From assembly GCA_944332995.1 (NCBI GenBank), contig CALVKR010000002.1:63100-127099 (forward strand): 64,000 nt of DNA, read 5' to 3'. Position numbers and translations under genes: made by a program. How positions within the stretch are numbered: position 1 is the stretch's first letter; every line of letters begins with the position of its first letter. The notes beneath the pieces were generated by a model that saw nothing but the letters and a program-made list of their open reading frames with translations, searched no databases and had not been told where the DNA came from. The DNA comes from an uncultured Clostridia bacterium. Its GTDB lineage: Bacteria; Bacillota; Clostridia; Christensenellales; CAG-917. Below, in pieces: positions 56,444 to 64,000 of this stretch.

Positions 56444-58489
56444 ATGGATATTTCATCGGTCAATAGCGATCTTATCCGCGGCAACGTGACGACGATAATA
56501 CTCAATTCTCTTGCCGACGGCGACAGATACGGCTATGATATTTTAAAAGAAATCGAGCTCAGAAGCGGTGGTTTATATAAACTTAAACAACCCACCCTTT
56601 ACAGCTGTTTAAAAAGGCTTGAAAAGAACGGGCTTATTTCTTCATACTCCGGCGATCCCGAAGTAACAGGCGGAGGACAAAGAAAATATTACCGCCTTAC
56701 CGACGAGGGCAGAAAATATCTGGATAAGGAAAAGGAAGAATACGAATACTCGAGAACTATTCTCGACAAGCTCGTTTCCGACGACGATTTTGATTTTTCT
56801 AAACCTGCCCCTTTCAACGCCGACGAACTCCGCCCCTACACCAAGCCGAAAAGCGACGAGAAAAAGGTTGTATATAAAGAAAAAATCGTCTATAAATATA
56901 TCGACAATCCCAAAAGCGTTCCCATGGGTATAATTCCCGAGGATAAAAACGCATACCTTTCAGATGCCGAAATAGCTTATCTTGAAAACTCCGCAATGGC
57001 AAATCAGTCTAAGATATATTCGGAAGAATCAAAGCCGATTGCCGCTGACGATATGCAAACTCAATCGCAACAGGATATCTTAGAGGCAAAGCGTGAGGAT
57101 TTTGAAGAAAGACTCTCGCACACCAATTCAAATGCGTCCGAAACGACTGCAAAAACGGACAACGGCGCTCAAGATATTTCCCCTGTCGCTACCGAAGATT
57201 TGCAACAGCAATCTCAACCGCAAAACGGCGAAATCGGCACGATAGAAAACGCAGACGGCAACAACACAGACCCTATCGTATCCACCCGTATGGCTTCGGA
57301 AATTACTTCAGGACAAAACGACGCATATCAGGCACAACGTCCCTACTCTGACGAAAGATACGACAAAGCATATCAGAGCATAAATCAATATCAAAACTTT
57401 TCCGAAACGTATAACGGATATGCCCCCTCTCAACAGAATAGTGCGCCGGATAATACACGGCGCATAAATGCGGAAAGCAATCCCTCGCAAAACGGCAACG
57501 TTGCCTATATCGCACCAAGCGAGCAATCTCAAAATTATTTCGGAAAGCCGAAACCTGAAACGGACAAAACGGTTTTGCAGATACTCGATGAGGCGGAACA
57601 GAGCCACAGACTGAAAGTAAAGGAAGAAAAAAAGCCGATTCCGACGTATAGCGAGGAAACTGTCAATAATCCTACTACAAAGAAAATAAACCTTGACGAA
57701 TTTTTCGACAAAAAGACAAAAGAGAAATTTGAAAGAGAAGGCGCATCTTCCCCCAAACAGTTTTGGGGTCTGCCGAGCGAGGCAAGACTTTATGCCGCTG
57801 ACACCGCAGAACAACAGGACAGAGAATACGCCACAAGCTACGTTACGCCCAAACTTCAAGGCGAATTTGAATTTGAAAAAAACGAGGTTCAATACGTCGA
57901 TTTTTACGACGGGCTCACCTCTACCCGCCTTCACGAGCCTAAAAAAGAGGAAAACGGTTTTCAGGCTAATTACAGCGACGCAGTGCTTCAAAACAGGCTT
58001 TATTCAAAAGGCTACAATTTAAAGCCGTATCAAAAGGCATACACGCAGGAATTTTATCTTAACAATTTTGTATACATATCTCGCCTGCGCCGTGACAGCA
58101 ACCTTTTGGGGCTTGTTACCTATCTTATCCTTTTGGCTATCCTTTGGGGAACGTGCTATGCTACCGTAACCATGAATCTGTTTATCGGAGCGCTTGCCGT
58201 TGGCGTGGGACTTTACCTTATCCCCCTTGTGATGTATTTTATAAATCCCAAGAAAAAGGCAAAGGCTAAATTTAATTTTAAATACGCCATGCTAAACTCT
58301 ATAATGCTTTTTGTGGAAATGTCGGTCATAATAGCACTTATAGGATTCTTCATAGTTGGAGCTGACGTATCAAACCCGACTTCAACGCTCGCCCCTATAG
58401 TCATTCCGATAGTGCTTATCGCAACGATACTGTTTTTGCCGATATACCACGGATTGCTTTACAGGTCGAAAAAATACCACGTGCAATAA
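56444..58489 (+). CDS. PadR-family winged-helix regulator fused to a long disordered linker and a 4-TM C-terminal membrane anchor
   Basis: N-terminus GNVTTIILNSLADGDRYGYDILKEI...LKQPTLYSCLKRLEKNGLI...YYRLTDEGRKYL (PadR). About 430 aa of Q/N/S/P/E-rich sequence follow. Four C-terminal hydrophobic helices (LLGLVTYLILLAILWG..., LFIGALAVGVGLYLIPLVMYFI, IMLFVEMSVIIALIGFFIV, APIVIPIVLIATILFLPIY). Confidence 0.75.
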   Translation: MDISSVNSDLIRGNVTTIILNSLADGDRYGYDILKEIELRSGGLYKLKQPTLYSCLKRLEKNGLISSYSGDPEVTGGGQRKYYRLTDEGRKYLDKEKEEYEYSRTILDKLVSDDDFDFSKPAPFNADELRPYTKPKSDEKKVVYKEKIVYKYIDNPKSVPMGIIPEDKNAYLSDAEIAYLENSAMANQSKIYSEESKPIAADDMQTQSQQDILEAKREDFEERLSHTNSNASETTAKTDNGAQDISPVATEDLQQQSQPQNGEIGTIENADGNNTDPIVSTRMASEITSGQNDAYQAQRPYSDERYDKAYQSINQYQNFSETYNGYAPSQQNSAPDNTRRINAESNPSQNGNVAYIAPSEQSQNYFGKPKPETDKTVLQILDEAEQSHRLKVKEEKKPIPTYSEETVNNPTTKKINLDEFFDKKTKEKFEREGASSPKQFWGLPSEARLYAADTAEQQDREYATSYVTPKLQGEFEFEKNEVQYVDFYDGLTSTRLHEPKKEENGFQANYSDAVLQNRLYSKGYNLKPYQKAYTQEFYLNNFVYISRLRRDSNLLGLVTYLILLAILWGTCYATVTMNLFIGALAVGVGLYLIPLVMYFINPKKKAKAKFNFKYAMLNSIMLFVEMSVIIALIGFFIVGADVSNPTSTLAPIVIPIVLIATILFLPIYHGLLYRSKKYHVQ

Positions 58490-58645
58490 AGACGCATACC
58501 GCCCAAGTTCTCTTGAGCGGTATTTAATTAAAACAGCCGCATTGCTTAAAACACGGCTGGCAGTTTTACCAAGGCTTTTGCGTTAAAGTTTAAATAAATG
58601 ACGCAAAAGCGCAAATAAACAATAAAAAAACACCTTGCGGTGTTT

Positions 58646-58720
58646 TGGCAGGGGAGACGCGATTCGAACACGCAACCAGCGGTTTTGGAGACCGCTGCTC
58701 TACCATTGAGCCACTCCCCT
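58646..58720 (-). tRNA. tRNA-Trp (CCA)
   Basis: Reverse complement is AGGGGAGTGGCTCAATGGTAGAGCAGCGGTCTCCAAAACCGCTGGTTGCGTGTTCGAATCGCGTCTCCCCTGCCA. Confidence 0.95.
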
Positions 58721-58786
58721 AAGCCACTAAATTATATAATAGACAAAAAATAAAGTCAAACGAATACACGAGGAATTGGAGATAAT

Positions 58787-59587
58787 ATGAAAACAAAATT
58801 TTTACTCGGCGTCATAGGCGCCGGAAACATGGCAACCGCAATCGTAAAAGGAGCGCTCAAAACGCTTAAGGCAAGCGATATTATCGTAAGCGACCGTGAC
58901 ACCGAAAAATTGCAGGAGATGAAAAACAACGGCGTTTGCACGACCTCAGACAATACCGAGGTTTCGTTGAATTGCAAATATTTACTGTTTGCCGTCAAAC
59001 CGCAAGTCGCTCCCCTCGTTTTTGATGAAATTAAAGGCAAAATCAATGCCGAAACGGTCATATCTATAATGGCAGGCATTTCTGTCGACACTCTCAAAAA
59101 ATCGCTCGGAGATGAGTTCGGTTTTGTCAGAGTTATGCCAAATACCCCTGCCATGATTCAAAAAGGTATGTCCGCCCTGTCGTTTAGCGAAAAGGTAACG
59201 GATAAGGAATTTGTCATAAATCTGTTTAACTCGCTCGGAAAAACCGTTGTGCTGTCGGAAAGCGACTTCGACGCCGTGACAAGCGTCAGCGGAAGCGGTC
59301 CTGCCTACGTCTACTCTTTTATCAAGGCTATGATTGACGGCGGAATGGACGGCGGTCTTGACTTTGAAACGGCAAAGACTCTCACCCTTCAGACTATTGT
59401 CGGCGCCTGCGGTATGGTGGAAAACAGCAACGACGACATACAAACTCTCATCGACAAAGTCTGCTCCAAAGGCGGCACGACGATTGAGGCGGTAAACTCG
59501 TTTATAGCCGACGATTTAAACGGCGTCATAAGAAAAGGTATGGCAAAGTGCAAAGCCCGCTCCAAGGAGCTGAGCAATGGCAAATAA
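58787..59587 (+). CDS. proC: pyrroline-5-carboxylate reductase
   Basis: [19 protein letters not shown] motif, RVMPNTPA, and C-terminal SKGGTTIEA. Confidence 0.9.
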   Translation: MKTKFLLGVIGAGNMATAIVKGALKTLKASDIIVSDRDTEKLQEMKNNGVCTTSDNTEVSLNCKYLLFAVKPQVAPLVFDEIKGKINAETVISIMAGISVDTLKKSLGDEFGFVRVMPNTPAMIQKGMSALSFSEKVTDKEFVINLFNSLGKTVVLSESDFDAVTSVSGSGPAYVYSFIKAMIDGGMDGGLDFETAKTLTLQTIVGACGMVENSNDDIQTLIDKVCSKGGTTIEAVNSFIADDLNGVIRKGMAKCKARSKELSNGK

Positions 59588-60014
59588 AAAAGTAACAATT
59601 TACACCGACGGCGCTTGTAGCGGAAATCCCGGCAAAGGCGGTTGGGGTGCAATTTTGATATACGGCGACGCAGTAAAGGAAATAAGCGGTGGCGAAGATA
59701 ACACAACCAACAACCGAATGGAATTAAAAGCCGTCATCGAGGGACTGAAAGCGCTTAAATCTCCTTGCGACGTGGAAATCTATTCCGACTCCGCATACGT
59801 CGTAAACGCCTTTACTCAAAAATGGATTGACGGCTGGCAAAAAAAGAATTGGAAAACTGCCGGCAATACAAGCGTCAAAAACGTGGATTTGTGGAAAGAG
59901 CTTTTATCTCTCATGCAAAATCATAAAGTGGTATTCAAAAAAGTAAAAGGCCACTCGGACGACGAATTGAACGAGCGTTGCGACGCTCTTGCAAAAGCGT
60001 ATTACCTTGGCTGA
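59577..60014 (+). CDS. rnhA: ribonuclease HI
   Basis: [42 protein letters not shown] and [16 protein letters not shown], which give the DEDD catalytic residues. Confidence 0.9.
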   Translation: MANKKVTIYTDGACSGNPGKGGWGAILIYGDAVKEISGGEDNTTNNRMELKAVIEGLKALKSPCDVEIYSDSAYVVNAFTQKWIDGWQKKNWKTAGNTSVKNVDLWKELLSLMQNHKVVFKKVKGHSDDELNERCDALAKAYYLG

Positions 60015-60543
60015 CACTGTCTGGCAGATACGCTTAAATTTTTCTAAGCCCCCTGACGAGTTTGAAGTCATAGCTGTTTTAAAAGCCGAAAAAGCTATAG
60101 AAATAAAATGCTAAAAAAGTAAATATTTTCAAATGCATTGCCCTACATTAGGGGCAAATTTGATAAATGCACATTTTAAAGAACGGTTTTTCAACCGCAT
60201 ATCTTTCAATCGGATAAGTTTATATTATATTTTAAAAAACAGAAATCGCATTTGCAAAATTTTTCAACAAAGGCATAAAAAAACCTCAATGATCAGATAG
60301 CCATACAATATCAAAATCAATGAGGAATTTTATAACGTAATTTATGATAACACATTTTAATTTGAATTTCAATACTTTTTTTAAAAAAAATTTTATAAAT
60401 ATGCATTTTTCAAAATTTATGCATTATCGGCGCACAATAAGAAAACGAAAAAAAATCAAATAACATAAAAATTTAAACAACAAAGGAAACTATATAAAAA
60501 ACAACATAAGAAATAATATAAGAAACGCAAAAATTTAATAAAA

Positions 60544-60569
60544 TAAAAAACCGCCAAAAGGCGGTTTTT
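60544..60569. terminator. bidirectional terminator downstream of ispH::rpsA
   Basis: A-run, then CCGCC-AAAA-GGCGG, then TTTTT. Confidence 0.7.
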
Positions 60570-60584
60570 ATATTGTGAATTTAA

Positions 60585-62921
60585 TTAGTCCTTTTTGTCG
60601 TCCGAGGGAGTTTCTTCTGCGGGAGTTTCTTCTGCGGGAGCTTCTTCCGTTGATGCTTTCTTTCTCGTCTTTTTGGGAGCCGCAGGAGCTTCTTCCTCTA
60701 TACCGAGGTCAAAGGCTTTAAAGAGGTCGCCCAAAGTTGCGGAGCTGTTGTCGGAGTGCCACTCTCTGAGCTCGTCCGTCTTATCCGCCTTTTTGGCTTT
60801 CTTTTCTTTCTTCTCGCCGTCCGCTTTCTTTGCCTTCTTTTCGTCTGCACCGCCCTCTTCCTTTACTTCAGGTTCGGGGAGCAAAGCCTTGATGGAAAGT
60901 GTGATGCGAGTGCCCTCAAAGCCGATTATTTTCGCTTCGACTTCCTGACCGACTGTCAAGACTTCGTTTGCGTCTTTGATATACTGATGAGCGATTTGCG
61001 AAACGTGAACGAGACCGTCTACTCCGTTATCGATTGAAACGAAAGCTCCGTAAGGGAAAATCCTTTCAACCTTGCCCTTGATGACGGTACCGACAGGATA
61101 TTTTTCCGCAGCTTCCTCGTACGGCTTCTTTTGAAGCTGTTTATAGCCGAGAGAAATTTTGTTTGCTTCTCTATCCATCTTCAAAACGACAAAGTCGTAG
61201 GTTTCGCCCGCCTTGAGAACGGTTGAAGGATCGGTTATCTTGTTCCAGCTGATTTCGGAAATATGGCAAAGGCAGTCAAAACCTCTTACGCTGACGAATG
61301 CGCCGAATTCGGTGAAGCGTTTGACTTTACCTTCAACGATGTCATGAACATGAATGCTCTCCCAAAAAGCGTCTTCCTTTTCCTTCTTTTCACGCTCTAA
61401 AACGAGTCTTTGAGAAGCAAAGATATATTTTGACTTCTTTTGAGGCTTGTCTTGAGCTTCCTCCGTGTTTTCAGCCTGTCCCTCTTTGGCTTTGGGAGGC
61501 ATAACGACAAGACGAAGTTTTTTGCCTTTATAATCTTCAAGATTGCTTACGTATTTAGTGGTGATATGTGAAGCGGGAACGAAAACGGTATAGCTACCCA
61601 TTCTGCCTCTGAGGCCGCCCTTAACCACTTCTGTCATTTCCAAAGTGAAGACGTCTGCCTTTAAAGCCTTTTCGGCTTCCTCGTCCTCGATACGTTTTGC
61701 GTCTATTTTCTTTTTGGAAAGAAGAACGGAATCGTGAGTGTTGGACAAGATGATAGCTTCGATTTCGGTTCCGGGTTTATAATCCGCAGGATTGTATTCA
61801 CCTTCGTAACAAGCCTCTTCTTTAGAGATAAAACCGTCTTTTTTACCGCCAAGCGAAATTGTAATGCCGTTATCGTCTGCGCTCATAACCGTGCATTTAA
61901 CTCTCTTACCCTGTCTGTAATCGGTCATATTGAGCAGTTCCTTGTTGTCGACTATCTGAGCCATGGTAAGTTTTTCGTCCTCATTTTTAACGTTTTTAGG
62001 ACTTTTGCTCGCCTGTGAAGTTGCCTCTTTTTCAGTCACAGTCGTGTTTTCCGCGTTTTGTGCGGTCTTTTGAGTTTCACTCATAGCGTTAATTACCTCC
62101 AGAAGCAGTCCCGTCGGAGTTGAAGCCCCGGCAAGCACCGCAATGCTACGAAATTGATTTATGTCAAACGATAAATCGTTTAAACCCGATATAAAAAAGG
62201 TGTTGGGATTGACTTGTTTTGCCAACCGATAGAGCGCAGTGGTATTGGCGCTTGACTTGCTTCCGACCACGGCAACGGCATCGCACTGTGTGGCTAAAGA
62301 TACCGCCTCTTTTTGCCTATCGAACGTAGTATAACAAATCGTGTTGAAAAACTCAACTGTTTTAACGCTACCTTTTGACCAATTTTTAATTTTTTCAACA
62401 ATATTTTCGTATTTGATATTGTCGAAAGTGGTCTGCGCAACCACCGCCAATTTGTCAAAAGCAGCCGTATTTAAAAAATTTTCTATATCCGAAAAATCGG
62501 ATAAAATAACGCCTTTGCCGTTGCAATACGACAGAGAGGCTTCCGTTTCGTCGTGCCCCGAGTATCCTATAATGAGCGCAAAATATCCGTTTGACGTCTT
62601 TTCGTTTAAAACTTCGTGAATTTTTTTTACGAACGGACAGGTGCAGTCCTCAATTTTAAAACCCAAGGCGGATAAATGCTGTATGGTCTCTTTTTTTGCG
62701 CCGTGCGTTCTTATCAATACGGTTTTGCTTTTATCCAAAGACAATACGTCATTTACGCAGTTTACGCCTTTTGATTTTAAATCGGCAATAACCGTTTCGT
62801 TGTGAATGATATCGCCCAGCACCTGACATTTGCCTTTTAACTCAAGCGCTTTATCCACCGCCGATTTAACGCCCATGCAGAAACCGGCGTGTTTTGCAAG
62901 AAGGATTTTTTGTTCCGTCAT
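60585..62921 (-). CDS. ispH: bifunctional 4-hydroxy-3-methylbut-2-enyl diphosphate reductase (IspH/LytB) / 30S ribosomal protein S1 fusion
   Basis: N-terminus MTEQKILLAKHAGFCMGVKSAV... (IspH with a conserved Cys), followed by four S1-like OB repeats (e.g. GKVKRFTEFGAFVSV, GKVERIFPYGAFVSI) and a K/E/A/P-rich tail. ATG at 62921 lies directly after the plsC stop. Confidence 0.9.
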   Translation of the reverse strand: MTEQKILLAKHAGFCMGVKSAVDKALELKGKCQVLGDIIHNETVIADLKSKGVNCVNDVLSLDKSKTVLIRTHGAKKETIQHLSALGFKIEDCTCPFVKKIHEVLNEKTSNGYFALIIGYSGHDETEASLSYCNGKGVILSDFSDIENFLNTAAFDKLAVVAQTTFDNIKYENIVEKIKNWSKGSVKTVEFFNTICYTTFDRQKEAVSLATQCDAVAVVGSKSSANTTALYRLAKQVNPNTFFISGLNDLSFDINQFRSIAVLAGASTPTGLLLEVINAMSETQKTAQNAENTTVTEKEATSQASKSPKNVKNEDEKLTMAQIVDNKELLNMTDYRQGKRVKCTVMSADDNGITISLGGKKDGFISKEEACYEGEYNPADYKPGTEIEAIILSNTHDSVLLSKKKIDAKRIEDEEAEKALKADVFTLEMTEVVKGGLRGRMGSYTVFVPASHITTKYVSNLEDYKGKKLRLVVMPPKAKEGQAENTEEAQDKPQKKSKYIFASQRLVLEREKKEKEDAFWESIHVHDIVEGKVKRFTEFGAFVSVRGFDCLCHISEISWNKITDPSTVLKAGETYDFVVLKMDREANKISLGYKQLQKKPYEEAAEKYPVGTVIKGKVERIFPYGAFVSIDNGVDGLVHVSQIAHQYIKDANEVLTVGQEVEAKIIGFEGTRITLSIKALLPEPEVKEEGGADEKKAKKADGEKKEKKAKKADKTDELREWHSDNSSATLGDLFKAFDLGIEEEAPAAPKKTRKKASTEEAPAEETPAEETPSDDKKD

Positions 62922-62922
62922 T

Positions 62923-63759
62923 TCAGTTTTCGGCTTTATCCCCTTCCGCAGTTTCACATTTGACACCGTCTGAGGATTTATCCGAAACCTCGCAAGATAC
63001 AACCGAGGCGGCAGCGCCGTCGGAGGGCTCGCTCAATAAGGCGTCGGATTTTTCGCCATTGATTTTATCTTGCTCTTTCAAAGCGGCGGCTTCCTCTTTA
63101 GCCTTTTGTTTTGCAAGTTCTTTTTTGTGCTTTTTGGCAAGGCGAGGATTGTGTTCCTCAACGTAGACGTTAAGGTCTTCCCTTATTTTGAGCATTGCCT
63201 GATGAATGATTTCGGTAGCCTCCATATAATCGCTTGCCGATTTTGTGCCGTAAAATTTATCGAGATATACGGGCTCGCCGATATATAGATAATTTCTCGA
63301 GAAAAGTTTGTGCATTTTGTAATACATCATAGGCAAAACGGGAACTTTTGCCTTAATGGCAAACCTTGCGGCTCCCTGCTTAAACTCTCCCATTTCCTCT
63401 GTTCCCTTTTTGTTTCTCGTGCCTTCGGGATAAAGAGCGAGCTTTTTATTTTGCTTTAAAACCTTTAAAACCTCTTTAAAAGCGGTGATATCCGCCTCGC
63501 CCCTGTGAACGGGAATGGCACCCACCTTTCTCAAAAACCAATTTCCGATTTTCGATTTAAACGCTTCCGCTTTGGCAAGAACGTGAAGTTCCTTTTTGTA
63601 AAGTTTTGAAGCAGGAATCAAAGTATCGGGCACGGCGTAGTGATTGCATATGACCACGGCTCCTTCCACTTTATCGAAATTTTTTCTGTTGACTATTTTG
63701 GTCGGATACAAAAAATTTATCGGCCAAAACACAACTCTCATAAGTCTGTAAAAAAACAT
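62923..63759 (-). CDS. plsC: 1-acyl-sn-glycerol-3-phosphate acyltransferase with a K/E-rich C-terminal extension
   Basis: NHYAVPD (H-x4-D) and LYPEGTR motifs. cmk-plsC-rpsA neighbourhood. Confidence 0.85.
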   Translation of the reverse strand: MFFYRLMRVVFWPINFLYPTKIVNRKNFDKVEGAVVICNHYAVPDTLIPASKLYKKELHVLAKAEAFKSKIGNWFLRKVGAIPVHRGEADITAFKEVLKVLKQNKKLALYPEGTRNKKGTEEMGEFKQGAARFAIKAKVPVLPMMYYKMHKLFSRNYLYIGEPVYLDKFYGTKSASDYMEATEIIHQAMLKIREDLNVYVEEHNPRLAKKHKKELAKQKAKEEAAALKEQDKINGEKSDALLSEPSDGAAASVVSCEVSDKSSDGVKCETAEGDKAEN

Positions 63760-63847
63760 ATATTCACCAACTAAAAATTATTTTTTTTTGAACGGTCGTT
63801 GCGCCAAAAGGCAACTGCGAATTGTACGCACCGCTTTAAGGTAAGGC

Positions 63848-64000
63848 CTAAATTTTAGACAGAATAAAGTCCTTTACCTCGTCTATCGACATTTCCGAGC
63901 TATCTATAAACACGGCGTCGTCTGCCTGTCTTAACGGAGCGAACTGCCTGTGGGAATCGTTGTAGTCACGCTGTTTGATTTCCTCGAGCACCGTTTTAAA
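63848..64000 (-). CDS. cmk: cytidylate kinase, C-terminal 50 codons (partial, continues beyond the window)
   Basis: Minus-strand frame reads FKTVLEEIKQRDYNDSHRQFAPLRQADDAVFIDSSEMSIDEVKDFILSKI*. This fits the Cmk C-terminus (RD..D..R..APL..A.DA..ID) and cmk-rpsA synteny. Confidence 0.6.
   Translation of the reverse strand, partial: FKTVLEEIKQRDYNDSHRQFAPLRQADDAVFIDSSEMSIDEVKDFILSKI

Overview
This window comes from an endospore-forming Firmicute, probably Clostridia-like. That is inferred from spoIIAA-spoIIAB-sigF, spoVAC/AD/AE, yunB and Clostridium-type gene order. Most of it is ordinary core genome. A roughly 43-kb minus-strand run carries rpsB-tsf-pyrH-frr-uppS-cdsA-dxr-rseP-ispG-[exonuclease]-rimP-nusA-ylxR-ylxQ-infB-rbfA-nrnA-truB-ribF. 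The same run also holds a split chromate-transporter pair, DUF1292-ruvX-rarA, nifS-like/thiI, mutS2, T-box-regulated pheST, yunB, the spoVA and spoIIA operons, a UPF0340 gene and an ECF-S-like membrane protein. A 12-kb plus-strand block follows. It carries a collagen-like (GPT-repeat) protein with a GT2-TPR glycosyltransferase, an Lrp regulator with an aminotransferase, an orphan lipoprotein, a XerS/XerC-like tyrosine recombinase, a membrane-anchored PadR-like protein, proC and rnhA. Minus-strand tRNA genes interrupt this block: a six-tRNA operon and a lone tRNA-Trp. The right edge is cmk(partial)-plsC-ispH::rpsA on the minus strand. I found no recognisable defence system, CRISPR array, intact transposon or prophage.

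The observations most worth a second look are:
- A 520-aa protein with a PolC-like N-terminal region, an OB fold and a DEDDh exonuclease, but no PHP or polymerase domain, sits exactly where polC normally lies.
- MutS2 ends before the Smr nuclease domain, and its stop codon lies inside a perfect 14-bp tandem duplication.
- A 2.6-kb ORF-free tract contains three same-strand promoter-to-terminator mini-units that are candidate sRNAs.
- A 33-bp imperfect-palindrome module repeats in an unusual 390-bp spoVAD-spoVAE gap, and its half-site recurs in inverted orientation upstream of spoVAC.
- The collagen-like protein and glycosyltransferase form a spore-surface-type pair, with a 69-bp repeat that breaks the Gly-X-Y register.
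- The Xer-like recombinase is flanked by a 9-7-9 inverted repeat and a 4 x 21-bp palindromic array.
- Spacer-specific tandem word repeats recur in the unusually long intergenic regions.

All functional calls rest on motif recognition by eye. No database search was possible.
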